The notes beneath the pieces are model-generated. The model saw nothing but the letters and a program-made list of their open reading frames with translations. It made no database searches and was not told the origin of the DNA. 64,000 bases of DNA from Spirochaetia bacterium. GTDB taxonomy: Bacteria; Spirochaetota; Spirochaetia; CADAEX01. Made by a program: the position numbers and the translations under genes. Positions 28,487 through 37,936 of this stretch are shown here, piece by piece; within the stretch, counting starts at the first letter, position 1; every line of letters begins with the position of its first letter. The stretch covers positions 1-64,000 of the forward strand of contig JAZURI010000010.1 in NCBI GenBank assembly GCA_045606105.1, given 5' to 3'.

Positions 28487-29098
28487 TTAAATACCGGTTC
28501 TCCCCAATAGGGACCGGGTCAGGGTCATCCTGTCAACATATTCCAGGTCTCCGCCGACAGGAAGGCCGGATGCAAGCCTGGTTACCTTTACATTTATATT
28601 CCTGCTTTCAAACATCTTCTGGATAAAGAGAGCTGTGGTTTCTCCCTCCACGGATGGGTTAAGGGCAAAAATCACCTCCTGCACCCCGGAATCCTTATTC
28701 TCCAGCCTTTCAAGCAGAGAGGAGACATTGAGCTTTTCAGGCCCTATTCCGTCAATCGGGGAGATAAGCCCCATAAGCACATGGTAATATCCGTCAAAGG
28801 CTCCGGTAGATTCCATTATATCTATGTCCCTGGGATTCTCCACCACGCAGATAAGGGAGGGATTCCTGCCTATATCGGAACATATTCCGCAGATTTCGGT
28901 ATCGGTATAGCTTCCGCATACAGGACACGGCCTGATCTTTTCCTTCAGCTCCATGATATTCCGGGCAAAGGTTTCGTTGAAGAGCCTGTCGGTCCTGAGA
29001 AGATGATAAACTATCCGGGAGGCGCTTTTCCTGCCTATTCCCGGCAGACTGGAGAAATTTTTTATGAGAACATCAATTAGGGAATCTGAAGTTTTCAT
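28487..29098 (-). CDS. recR: recombination mediator RecR
   Basis: LPGIGRKSA HhH, C4 zinc finger CPVC...CGIC, CVVE, YHVL, NPSVEGE, GLPVGGDLEYVD. Confidence 0.95.
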   Translation of the reverse strand: MKTSDSLIDVLIKNFSSLPGIGRKSASRIVYHLLRTDRLFNETFARNIMELKEKIRPCPVCGSYTDTEICGICSDIGRNPSLICVVENPRDIDIMESTGAFDGYYHVLMGLISPIDGIGPEKLNVSSLLERLENKDSGVQEVIFALNPSVEGETTALFIQKMFESRNINVKVTRLASGLPVGGDLEYVDRMTLTRSLLGRTGI

Positions 29099-29360
29099 TT
29101 AACTTTCTTTGTATCCTGGCGTATGCATCTGCACATGCAGCCTTTACCAGCTGCTCTGTCATTCCGGGATCCGAGCTGTCTATAGCCTCGGGAGAAATCT
29201 TTACATCAATGATTTCCATTTTTCCGTTCATGTCAACACGGACCATATCTCCGCCGGCATAGCCGCTTTCGGTAATATTTTCCATGTTTCTTTTCATCTC
29301 TTCCATCTTGGCCTGAAGACCGGAAGCATTCTTGAGTATTTCCATCGGATCAAAATTCAT
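29073..29360 (-). CDS. YbaB/EbfC nucleoid-associated protein
   Basis: GYAGGDMVRVDMNG motif; canonical position between dnaX and recR; ATG at 29360 preferred over the ORF-track start at 29384. Confidence 0.88.
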   Translation of the reverse strand: MNFDPMEILKNASGLQAKMEEMKRNMENITESGYAGGDMVRVDMNGKMEIIDVKISPEAIDSSDPGMTEQLVKAACADAYARIQRKLNENFRFPN

Positions 29361-30942
29361 CTTTTCTTTCCTTTCTGTTTTCAATAATCTCGCCCATGAA
29401 AACCCGCTTTACCATTTCGGCCGGATCTTCCCCTGGGGCAGTATTCCTTTCCCCTTCCCCTTTTTCGGCTGAACCGCACTCCACCTCAAGCCTGCGGCCT
29501 GCTCCGAAAAATGCGGCAAATTCCTTTTCTATCTGGGAGGCCGATTCCTCAAGCCTTGAAGCCATGAAGGGATCCGTACACATGACCCTGACGGTGTCAT
29601 CTCCGGCAATCCATTCCCCGCTTTTCTCAAGGGCTGCGGTAAGTATGATGTCTCCGGATTTCCGGACTGCTGCAATGATATCCCTCCTGAGGTTTGAAAC
29701 ATCTGCCGGAGCCGCAGCAGGGGCGGCAGCCTGAATCTCACCGGCACGGACCGGATTTTCAGCTTTCTGCACCATCGGAGCAGCCGCTCCACCCGATACC
29801 GGAACAAAGCCCTCCTTCAGCCTTTCAAGCCGTTCAAGAAGCTCTTCCTGAGGAACATGGTTCCTGAGCTTTGCAAGCCTGGCTGTCAGAAGCTCCAGCT
29901 CAAAGCGCTGGTTAAGGGAATATCTGATATCCCGGTAAAGCTGCAGTATGAGCGCCAGTGCCTCTTCAATCTGATAAGAGGTAAAGGAATCGGTTACCTT
30001 CCGTGAAAAGTTTCCTGCCGGAAAACCGAGGACTGTCTCACGGGTAATGTTGTTTTTTATAAGGAGGATGTTTCTGAAATATTCCGAAAGCTCGCTTATG
30101 AGCTGCTCCGGCGCAATTCCCCCTCCCAGTATCTCGTCCAGAAGCGAAAGAGCCTTCTCTCCGTTGCCGTCAGCCATGCTTTCCGCAAGAAGATTTATCC
30201 TGTCAAAGCCCGCAATTCCCATTTTTTCCCTGAGAACCTCCAGGGAAATGGTATCTCCCGAAAAAGAGGCAATCTTGTCAAAAAGGGTATAGGCATCCCT
30301 GAGGGATCCGGTAGCCTCCTTGGCAATCCAGAAAAGGGCATCATCCTCGGCCTTGATATTGTTTTCGGTACAGATGTTCCGGAGAAGATCCTTGATGACA
30401 TCTGTCCGGATAAGACGGAAGTTGAAATGCTGGCATCGGGACCTGATGGTGGCCGGTACCTTGTGAGCCTCTGTTGTGGCAAAAATGAAAACTATATATG
30501 GAGGCGGCTCCTCAACAGTCTTAAGCAGTGCGTTGAAGGCACTGTTGGACAGCATGTGGACCTCGTCAATGATGTAGATCTTGTATCTGGAATTGGCCGG
30601 GGCAAAAAGTACCTCGTCCTTTATCTGCCGTACATCGTTTACCGATGTGTTTGAGGCACCGTCAATCTCGATTACATCCAGGGAATTTCCCTGGGCTATT
30701 TCAAGACAGTTTGAGCATCTGCAGCATGGATTGCCGTCTGTGCTGTTGAGACAGTTGATGGATTTGGCAAGAATACGGGCGGCAGAAGTTTTTCCTACCC
30801 CTCTCGGACCTGAGAACAGGTATGCATGGGCAATCTTTCCACCCTCCACCGATTTCCTGAGACTGGCTGCAACAAAATCCTGTCCTGCCAGCTGGCTGAA
30901 AAGAGAGGGTCTCATCTTTGTAGCGGTTACAGTATACGACAT
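29350..30942 (-). CDS. dnaX: DNA polymerase III subunit gamma/tau
   Basis: HAYLFSGPRGVGKTS, zinc module, EIDGAS, IIDEVHML, FATTE, SRCQ, GSLRDA. Confidence 0.96.
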   Translation of the reverse strand: MSYTVTATKMRPSLFSQLAGQDFVAASLRKSVEGGKIAHAYLFSGPRGVGKTSAARILAKSINCLNSTDGNPCCRCSNCLEIAQGNSLDVIEIDGASNTSVNDVRQIKDEVLFAPANSRYKIYIIDEVHMLSNSAFNALLKTVEEPPPYIVFIFATTEAHKVPATIRSRCQHFNFRLIRTDVIKDLLRNICTENNIKAEDDALFWIAKEATGSLRDAYTLFDKIASFSGDTISLEVLREKMGIAGFDRINLLAESMADGNGEKALSLLDEILGGGIAPEQLISELSEYFRNILLIKNNITRETVLGFPAGNFSRKVTDSFTSYQIEEALALILQLYRDIRYSLNQRFELELLTARLAKLRNHVPQEELLERLERLKEGFVPVSGGAAAPMVQKAENPVRAGEIQAAAPAAAPADVSNLRRDIIAAVRKSGDIILTAALEKSGEWIAGDDTVRVMCTDPFMASRLEESASQIEKEFAAFFGAGRRLEVECGSAEKGEGERNTAPGEDPAEMVKRVFMGEIIENRKERKDEF

Positions 30943-30949
30943 CAGTTAA

Positions 30950-30978
30950 AGTTTACTCCTAATAACGGCATAGGTCAA
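30950..30978 (-). promoter_or_regulatory. dnaX promoter, probably leaderless
   Basis: TTGACC (30973-30978), 17 nt, TAAACT (30950-30955), 7 nt, ATG. Confidence 0.6.
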
Positions 30979-31007
30979 TCAAGTTTTGCTTTCGGGGGAT
31001 AAAAAAA

Positions 31008-31104
31008 CAGCCAAGCGAACTGCGTCACATTGTCTGTCGCTGACCGCTGCTACCTTCCGATCCTGACGGGGTTGGGCGAAGAACAATTGCACAGTGCCTG
31101 GCTG
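31008..31104 (-). ncRNA. ffs: signal recognition particle RNA (small bacterial 4.5S type)
   Basis: Conserved domain IV GTCAGGATCGGAAGGTAGCAGC; terminal pairing CAGCCA/TGGCTG; usual position upstream of dnaX. Confidence 0.92.
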
Positions 31105-31108
31105 AAAA

Positions 31109-31193
31109 CGGAGAGAGGGGGATTCGAACCCCCGGTACCTTTCGATACGCAACCTTTCCAAGATTGTACCTTAAACCGCTCGGACATCTCTCC
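31109..31193 (-). tRNA. tRNA-Ser(GGA), CCA not encoded
   Basis: GGAGAGATGTCCGAGCGGTTTAAGGTACAATCTT-GGA-AAGGTTG, long variable arm, GGTTCGAATCC, TCTCTCCG. Confidence 0.95.
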
Positions 31194-31283
31194 ATCGAAT
31201 ATATTGTAATTTATCCTTAAAAAAAACAAATTGTCAAGCATATTGCTTTGTATCATTTAATTGTTTATGTTATCTTATAAATT

Positions 31284-32453
31284 ATGAAGAGATTTTTTAC
31301 AGCAACAGCCCTTTTGTTGATACTTTTATTCTCTGCTGTCATCCCTCTTTCTGCCGAAGAACTTACACTGAAGATACCCAGAGGCAGCAATCTTTCCTTT
31401 GTCCTGAGAGATGCGGGAATACCGTCAGGAGAAATAAGTCCGGTACTCAAAGCCCTTTCATCACATATAAACCTCAGGAAAATAAGACCGAGCCAGGAAA
31501 TAAAGATAATACTCGACAAGGAAGCAGCTCCCGGAGAACCGGTACTGAAGCAGCTGACCATGGAGACAGCCTACGATGAAAAGGTAATTGTCCGTCATAA
31601 CGGATGGGGCTTCGATGCACAGCTTGAGAAATCGGAGCTGATACTGGTTCCGAGGAAGGCAGAGGGAAAAATAGAAAACAGCTTTTACAGCGACATGGCG
31701 GCAAAAGGGGTTCCGGGCTCCAAGATAATGGAGCTTTTCCGTCATTTTTCCTTTGATGTGGATTTTCAGAGAGATATAAGGGAAGGAGACACTTTCAGGA
31801 TTCTTTATCTGGACTTTGTTGATGAGAATGATGAGATAGTGAAGCACGGTCCCATTGTTTTCGCAGAGCTGGTTACCAGGGGAACACCACTTTCCCTCTA
31901 CGGCTTTGTTACAGATGAGCATTACTACGATTTCTATAACGAAAACGGTAAGAGCATGCGCAAGACCCTGCTGAAGACACCGGTTACCAATGCCACCATA
32001 TCATCAACCTACGGAATGAGAAAAAATCCTATCTACGGTTACGAAAACTTCCATAAGGGACTGGATTTCGCCGCTCCTAAAAATACCCCGATAATTGCGG
32101 CCGGAAGCGGAATAGTGGAAAGAGCCTCCTGGTTCGATATCTACGGAAACTGTGTCATCCTCAGGCATACCAACGGATACAAGACCCTTTATGCCCATAT
32201 GAATTCATACGGAAAAGGGATAAATAAAGGGGTCAGGGTATCCCAGGGACAGGTTATCGGCTATGTGGGCTCCACCGGAATGTCCACCGGCCCTCATCTC
32301 CACTACGAGGTTCATTTCAACGGGAAGAAAATAAATCCTGCCTCGGTAAAGTCCCCTCCCGAAAGGAATCTGACAGAAAAGGAGCTGGAAAGATTCAAAA
32401 AGAGGAAGCAGGAAATCGATGACCTGTTTGCCACCTTGAAAAACAGTGAATAA
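31284..32453 (+). CDS. M23 family peptidoglycan DD-endopeptidase (MepM-like)
   Basis: Signal peptide; DVDFQRDIREGD; HKGLD, YAHM, STGPHLHYE zinc motifs. Confidence 0.92.
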   Translation: MKRFFTATALLLILLFSAVIPLSAEELTLKIPRGSNLSFVLRDAGIPSGEISPVLKALSSHINLRKIRPSQEIKIILDKEAAPGEPVLKQLTMETAYDEKVIVRHNGWGFDAQLEKSELILVPRKAEGKIENSFYSDMAAKGVPGSKIMELFRHFSFDVDFQRDIREGDTFRILYLDFVDENDEIVKHGPIVFAELVTRGTPLSLYGFVTDEHYYDFYNENGKSMRKTLLKTPVTNATISSTYGMRKNPIYGYENFHKGLDFAAPKNTPIIAAGSGIVERASWFDIYGNCVILRHTNGYKTLYAHMNSYGKGINKGVRVSQGQVIGYVGSTGMSTGPHLHYEVHFNGKKINPASVKSPPERNLTEKELERFKKRKQEIDDLFATLKNSE

Positions 32454-32470
32454 ACATATATAGTAGTTCC

Positions 32471-32680
32471 ATGATGCCGTTTTTCAAGCTCGGACTGGGC
32501 TGTATTCTGATCACATTGGCAATGCTGCTTTTCCTGATGGAATTCAAAGCTTTTCCTCATAACCCTTCGAACCCCCAGTGGTGGGATGAATTTCACGCAA
32601 AGCATGTAAGAAAGATAAGACTCGGAGGAAGAATGTCTCTTCTCCTGGGGCTCACCTTCCTGCTTTACGCATTCAAATAA
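32471..32680 (+). CDS. small two-helix membrane protein, function unknown
   Basis: Two hydrophobic segments; own promoter-like signal TTGAAA-17-TATAGT 6 nt before the ATG; fills the intergenic gap. Confidence 0.6.
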   Translation: MMPFFKLGLGCILITLAMLLFLMEFKAFPHNPSNPQWWDEFHAKHVRKIRLGGRMSLLLGLTFLLYAFK

Positions 32681-32682
32681 GA

Positions 32683-34755
32683 TCAGTTGCTGATTTTTTC
32701 AAGCCTGGTGTAATTGGTCAGGAACCGGGCTGTTCTACCATTCTCAAACCTTACGATAACCACCGGTTCTCCGTCTTCGGTAAAGCATTTTATTACAGTA
32801 CCTACGCCGTAATCGTCCCGGTAGACATAGTCTCCTATACGGAATCCGGATGATACCTGTACAGAGCTCCCCTGCTGCTCGATAAGGGAATCGGGAATAT
32901 CCTCAAGAAATCTTGAAGGGGTACATCGCATATCCTCTTTCCAAATCATTCGTTGAGAACAGGATGTCATGTAAAGCTCGTCCCTGGCTCTGGTTATGCT
33001 TACATAGAAGATACGCCTTTCCTCCTCAACTTCATCCTCATCGCCGCCGCTCCGTCCCGGAAAAAGCTCGTCCTCCAGGCCGGTTATGATAACCCGGTCA
33101 AACTCCAGACCCTTGGTATTGTGCATGGTGATAAGGGTAACCTGAGCATTCTCCTGATTCTTATCCTGCCCCATGGAGGAATCCAGCTCGGTATTTTCCA
33201 GAAATTCGGTGATTCCCTCTATATTGCATTGATAATCTTTTGCAGCATTCATGAGCTCGTTAAGGTTGGCTTCTTTAGAAGTATAAGACACAGAATCCTG
33301 TTCCCCATAATATTTTCCAAGTCCGCTTGCATAAATAATTTTTTTAATAAAGCATTTAAGATTTTCATGCTCCTCCTCCCGAAAACTGGCTGAAAGGGAG
33401 CTGTAGATACCGAAAAATTCCCCCAGCCCGCCGCTTTTCCCCTTGAGGGAGGCTATACGGCTGCAGATCTTTTCCGCTATATCCTTTCCGTCGGCTGCAA
33501 GAATCCTGTCAATTCCCACCTTTCCTATACCACGGGCCGGCTTGTTGATGATTCTTCTGAAGGCAACCTCGTCACGGGGATTGACTATAAAGGACATCCA
33601 GGCCAGCACATCCTTGATTTCCTCCCTTTCATAGAACCTGAGAGAGCCTACGATACGGTAGCTTATGCCCTTTCTTGCAAAGACGGTTTCAAAGGTTCTG
33701 GACTGGGCATTGGTACGGTAAAGTATTGCGGTCTCCTTTTTATCCTTCAGGATGATACCGGCACAGTATTCCGCCTCCTCGTATGCATCCCCCAGATACA
33801 TGAGAACCGGCTTCTTTCCCCCTTTCCGGCTTGTACGGAGAGTCTTTCCCAGACGCCCCCTGTTCTTGTCCACAACCACACCGGCCAGCTTCAGAATGGG
33901 AGCTGTGGAACGGTAATTTTCCTCCAGCCTGATGATTCTGGTATTGTCGAAACAGTCGGGAAATCCGATGATATTCTGTACCTCGGCACCGCGGAACTTG
34001 TATATGGACTGGTCGTCGTCTCCTACTACGGTAAGATTCCTGCCGGAACCGGAAAGAAGCTTCAGCAGCTCGAACTGGGCAATGTTGGAGTCCTGGTACT
34101 CGTCCACCAGGATAACCCTGAACTTACGGGAAAGCCGTTCCCTTATTTCGGGATTGTCCCTGAGAAGCTCCACGCTTTTAAGTATGAGATCCCCGAAATC
34201 CACATTGCCGGTCTCTGCCAGCTTTTCCTGATAAGCCCTGTAGATAGGGGGAAATTTCGGGTCAAAGGTAACGGAAGAAAGGTTGTCGTCGGGAGTCAGG
34301 CAGTAATCCTTGGCCCTGGCTATGAGATTGGCATACATCTTCACATCCCGGCTGTCTATGGAGATATCCAGGGTTTTCAGCAGTGAAAGGGTATCGGAAT
34401 CGTCATAAATGGAAAAATTGGGAGAAAGGGAGGCATAATCGCTGTTTCTCCGGAGAAGCCATGCACCGAAAGAGTGAAAGGTCCTGATCATGGGAAGCTC
34501 GTATGATTTCATGTCTCCGGTATAACCCAGAAAACCGGCCACCCTGTCACGCATCTCCTGGGCTGCCTTGTTGGTAAAGGTAACGGCAAGTATGGATGAT
34601 GGAAAAACATTGCAGTGCTCCACCAGATAGGCAATCTTCGAGGTAATGACCCTGGTTTTGCCCGATCCCGCACCGGCCAGGATAAGAAGGGGATTCCCCT
34701 CGTGGACCACAGCCTCATACTGCTCCGGATTCAGCCTGGCAAGATAATCACTCAT
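32683..34755 (-). CDS. uvrD: UvrD/PcrA superfamily 1 DNA helicase
   Basis: AGAGSGKT, TFTNKAA, TFHS, VDEYQD, VGDDDQSIYKFRGA, ENYRS, KGLEF, EERRIFYVSITRA. Confidence 0.93.
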   Translation of the reverse strand: MSDYLARLNPEQYEAVVHEGNPLLILAGAGSGKTRVITSKIAYLVEHCNVFPSSILAVTFTNKAAQEMRDRVAGFLGYTGDMKSYELPMIRTFHSFGAWLLRRNSDYASLSPNFSIYDDSDTLSLLKTLDISIDSRDVKMYANLIARAKDYCLTPDDNLSSVTFDPKFPPIYRAYQEKLAETGNVDFGDLILKSVELLRDNPEIRERLSRKFRVILVDEYQDSNIAQFELLKLLSGSGRNLTVVGDDDQSIYKFRGAEVQNIIGFPDCFDNTRIIRLEENYRSTAPILKLAGVVVDKNRGRLGKTLRTSRKGGKKPVLMYLGDAYEEAEYCAGIILKDKKETAILYRTNAQSRTFETVFARKGISYRIVGSLRFYEREEIKDVLAWMSFIVNPRDEVAFRRIINKPARGIGKVGIDRILAADGKDIAEKICSRIASLKGKSGGLGEFFGIYSSLSASFREEEHENLKCFIKKIIYASGLGKYYGEQDSVSYTSKEANLNELMNAAKDYQCNIEGITEFLENTELDSSMGQDKNQENAQVTLITMHNTKGLEFDRVIITGLEDELFPGRSGGDEDEVEEERRIFYVSITRARDELYMTSCSQRMIWKEDMRCTPSRFLEDIPDSLIEQQGSSVQVSSGFRIGDYVYRDDYGVGTVIKCFTEDGEPVVIVRFENGRTARFLTNYTRLEKISN

Positions 34756-36076
34756 CCGCAGCCACTGCCTCCAGATCCATGTTGTTCCGTTTTATTATCT
34801 TCCCGGTAACCACGTCACCCGGCTTTATTTTTCCTTCCGAAATACCGCTGCAATGAAGAATCACGGCTCCATCCACCTCAGGAGCGTTCATAAAGCCCCT
34901 TCCCAGTGCGATATCCTCTTCCTTGATAAGCTCTTCAACCAGTATCTCGGTCTCCTGTCCTACGAAGCGCTCAAGCCTCTTTTCCGTAATGTCGGTCTGA
35001 AGCTCCTCGGCCCGGGCCTTCCTGAGTCCGGCTGTGGCTGCAGGTACCTTTCCCTTCATCCGGTAAGCCTTGGTACCCTCCTCCTTGGAATAGGTGAAGA
35101 AACCGCACCAGTCCAGCTCCGCCTGCCGGAGAAAATCCATGAGACATTCAAAGTCCTCTTCCGTCTCTCCCGGAAAACCAAGCATGAAGGTGGAGCGGAT
35201 AACACAATCCGGCAGCTCGCTTTTAAGCCGGCGGACCAGCTCCAGATATTTTTCCTTGTTTCCCCTGCGCCCCATGGCAGCCAGCACCTTTTCGGAAGCA
35301 TGCTGGAACGGTATATCAAAATAAGGAACAAATCTTCTGTCCCTTTTCATTATTTCGAGTATTGAAAGATCGATCTTGTCAGGATGCATATAAAGAAGAC
35401 GGATCCTGAAATCGCCGCTGATTACCGAAATCTTCTCCAGAAGCTCCCTGAGAGAGCTGCCTGTGTCGGTACCGTAGGAGGCAAGATCCTGGGTCACAAG
35501 ATTGAGCTCAAACCAGCCCTTCTTTACAAAGCTCCTGATTTCCTTGAGTATGATTTCATCGGGAACGCTTCTCAGTCCGCCCCTGATAATAGGAATGGCA
35601 CAGTAGGTACAGTTGTTGTTGCACCCTTCACCGATCTTGATATAGGCACTGCGGGGAAAATTGAGAAGAAAACGGCGCTCCACAAACCGGTCTGCGGAAG
35701 GGAGCTTATAGGCCACCAGACGGCTCTTCTTTTCAATAATCTCCTCCACCGCCTCAGGAATCCTGTAGATATCGGTATTTCCGATAAAGCCGTCTGCCTC
35801 TGTCATTTCATCGGCCAGCTCCTGACCGTAACGCTGGGAAAGGCATCCGGTGGCAATGATGATCTTGCCGGGATAATACTCCCTGCAGTCAAGGATTGTC
35901 TGTATAGACTCTTCCTTGGCATCGTTTATAAAGCCGCATGTATTGATGAGAAGAACCTCTGCCTTTTCTGCATCGGTGTATTTCCATCCCTTTTTCTCCA
36001 TAAGTGCAATGATGGTTTCGGCATCAACCTGATTCTTTGAGCATCCCAGGTTTTCAATATAGAATGTCTTTTTCAA
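34748..36076 (-). CDS. rimO: ribosomal protein S12 methylthiotransferase
   Basis: LGCSKNQVD, NTCGFI, CNNNCTYC radical SAM motif, QD, APEVDG TRAM domain. Confidence 0.95.
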   Translation of the reverse strand: MKKTFYIENLGCSKNQVDAETIIALMEKKGWKYTDAEKAEVLLINTCGFINDAKEESIQTILDCREYYPGKIIIATGCLSQRYGQELADEMTEADGFIGNTDIYRIPEAVEEIIEKKSRLVAYKLPSADRFVERRFLLNFPRSAYIKIGEGCNNNCTYCAIPIIRGGLRSVPDEIILKEIRSFVKKGWFELNLVTQDLASYGTDTGSSLRELLEKISVISGDFRIRLLYMHPDKIDLSILEIMKRDRRFVPYFDIPFQHASEKVLAAMGRRGNKEKYLELVRRLKSELPDCVIRSTFMLGFPGETEEDFECLMDFLRQAELDWCGFFTYSKEEGTKAYRMKGKVPAATAGLRKARAEELQTDITEKRLERFVGQETEILVEELIKEEDIALGRGFMNAPEVDGAVILHCSGISEGKIKPGDVVTGKIIKRNNMDLEAVAADE

Positions 36077-36083
36077 AATTACC

Positions 36084-37166
36084 TCAGCGGACTGTTTTTA
36101 CGGAAAGATTGTACTGCCCCTCGGCAGCCTCCTCCCATCCTATTTCAACAACGGAAACCTCGCCTTTGTTTCCGAAAAAGATTTCATGTTCCTTGAGTTT
36201 TGCCTTTACAAAGCCGCTGTCTGACATCCAGAGCTTTATATTCTTGTCCGCCTCCAGCCTGATGCTGTCATCCTCGCGGCAGAATTTCTCATCCCTTCCG
36301 CGGCTGTCTGCATCGCTCATGAAATAGCAGGGACCGCTGAAGTTAACGGTAAAGGCCAGAGGGCGAACCACGGAAGAGGTCATTATCACCGTAGTACCCT
36401 GACTGTGCTTGATTACTGACGGAGCTACAGAAACAGCCTCCGCATATTTGGATTCGGCCGGAGCCTCCAGAGCCTTGTCAAAACGGGCAATGACACTGTG
36501 CTCGGTTTCGTCGGTCTCCTTGATTATTATCCTGATATCATTGTTTCCGTCCCCGTTGAGGTCAAATGAAACATCGGAGCCCGGAAGGAGCCTGGTTTCC
36601 CCGCTGTTAAACCCGAAAACCACACTTTCCTTTACCTGGCGGATAACAATATCATATTCCATGTCTCCGTGAAAAACGGTTACTGTATCATTTTCAAAGA
36701 ATTTACGCTCAAGAAATGCATCCCGGAAGGGATATTCGGTTCCCTTGGCTACCGGCTGAGGTACCTTTCCTGCCGCTGCAGGCTGAAGTATCTCCGGCTC
36801 CTTTTCTTTTCCCAGCTTCGGAACAAAAAATATGACTGCAGCCACAAAGAAAAAAATTATCAGACCGCACAGGAAAAACGGCAGGTTGTTACGGCCGGGA
36901 GATGATGTACTGCCTGAGGCCACCATTAGATTAAGGGGCTTTGACCTGTTGAAAAGATCCAGCATGTACTGAGGATCCGCATCATAGAATCTGGCCAGAT
37001 TCCTGATAAAGCCTACACAGTAGGTGTTTCCCGGAAGCTCATCGTAATAATTGTCTTCGATTGCCCTGATGTATTCCTTGGAGATGTGGGTTGCATCCGA
37101 AACCTGTTCTATGGTCAGATTCCTTTTTTCTCTGTACTTCCTGAACAGAAAACCTACCGAATCCAT
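36084..37166 (-). CDS. RodZ-like helix-turn-helix membrane protein
   Basis: N-terminal HTH (REKRNLTIEQV...IRAIE...LPG...GFIRN), single TM, periplasmic domain; upstream of rimO. Confidence 0.82.
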   Translation of the reverse strand: MDSVGFLFRKYREKRNLTIEQVSDATHISKEYIRAIEDNYYDELPGNTYCVGFIRNLARFYDADPQYMLDLFNRSKPLNLMVASGSTSSPGRNNLPFFLCGLIIFFFVAAVIFFVPKLGKEKEPEILQPAAAGKVPQPVAKGTEYPFRDAFLERKFFENDTVTVFHGDMEYDIVIRQVKESVVFGFNSGETRLLPGSDVSFDLNGDGNNDIRIIIKETDETEHSVIARFDKALEAPAESKYAEAVSVAPSVIKHSQGTTVIMTSSVVRPLAFTVNFSGPCYFMSDADSRGRDEKFCREDDSIRLEADKNIKLWMSDSGFVKAKLKEHEIFFGNKGEVSVVEIGWEEAAEGQYNLSVKTVR

Positions 37167-37177
37167 AATCTGCCCCG

Positions 37178-37873
37178 TTATTCCGCTTCGAAAAGGAAAT
37201 TTTCAAAGGTATTGGCACTGGCAGGAGAATCATACTCGAACCTGGTGTCCGGAATGTTCTGATTGGTCTTGATATCTGTAAAATCGAATTTGATTTCGGC
37301 ATAGTCGGAGGTTACCCCCACAAGACGACGGATAAGATTGTTCTGATCCACCGAAAGGATAATCTGCCTGAAGCCCTCGTCCGAGGATCTCCATACAAAC
37401 TTGAGTTTTATGACAAGCTCCTCGCTTCCCTCGTCCAGAGGAACAAAGCCGGGGCTTTCCAGATATGCCACAGTATAGTTGCGCCTTAGAAGCTTCAGCC
37501 CCTCGCTGCCGGCCATGACCGCACCGTCTGAAACTCCGGAGCCTTTCTTGAGCTTCTGGGACATGGTAACCCTGTATTTCGGAATATGGATAACCAGTCT
37601 TTCCTTGCCCACCACCAGCACCTGATCCTCCGGATTCTCGAAATTTATCCTGAGAAGAGACGGGTCCTTGTAATAAAGGATTCCGGACATTGTTTCCTTG
37701 TCCTTGGTAATAGTCACCTTTGCCTCATAATCGGCAATTTCCGCATAGGCTGCCGCTACTGTATTGAGATAATCGTTTGCAGTGATGATACGTTCCGGTG
37801 TTTCTGCCTCCTGTGCAAAGGAAAAACAGGCTGTCAACACCAGCAGAACTGTTGCAAGGTAAAGCTTTTTCAC
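37178..37873 (-). CDS. lolA: outer-membrane lipoprotein carrier LolA family protein
   Basis: Signal peptide; G-x4-KDPSLLRINFENPEDQVLV pattern; C-terminal NQNIPDTRFEYDSP; GTG start. Confidence 0.78.
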   Translation of the reverse strand: MKKLYLATVLLVLTACFSFAQEAETPERIITANDYLNTVAAAYAEIADYEAKVTITKDKETMSGILYYKDPSLLRINFENPEDQVLVVGKERLVIHIPKYRVTMSQKLKKGSGVSDGAVMAGSEGLKLLRRNYTVAYLESPGFVPLDEGSEELVIKLKFVWRSSDEGFRQIILSVDQNNLIRRLVGVTSDYAEIKFDFTDIKTNQNIPDTRFEYDSPASANTFENFLFEAE

Positions 37874-37880
37874 AACAAGA

Positions 37881-37929
37881 AGTATAGTTTATTTTTCTGA
37901 TTGACACAAGACTTTTTTCCTTTTAAGCT
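37881..37929. promoter_or_regulatory. divergent promoters for lolA and the XPB helicase gene, both probably leaderless
   Basis: Plus: TTGACA (37901-37906), 17 nt, TAAGCT (37924-37929), 7 nt, ATG 37937. Minus: TATACT (37881-37886), 7 nt, GTG 37873. Confidence 0.62.
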
Positions 37930-37936
37930 TTTTAAA

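Noticed and set aside
29350-30942. Programmed -1 frameshift or slippage site in dnaX producing a gamma subunit
   Set aside because: I found no in-frame A AAA AAG heptamer or long A-run at the expected position; the short A-tracts do not fit the pattern
26240-31193. tRNA-Arg or tRNA-Ser as integration sites of an island
   Set aside because: No integrase and no duplicated tRNA 3' end seen; flanking genes are housekeeping
30979-31256. Short minus-strand ORFs of 60 and 68 aa
   Set aside because: They overlie tRNA-Ser and the SRP RNA
36530-36570. DLNGDGNNDI calcium-binding-like loop in RodZ
   Set aside because: A single short Dx[DN]xDG motif is common in periplasmic beta domains; not informative alone
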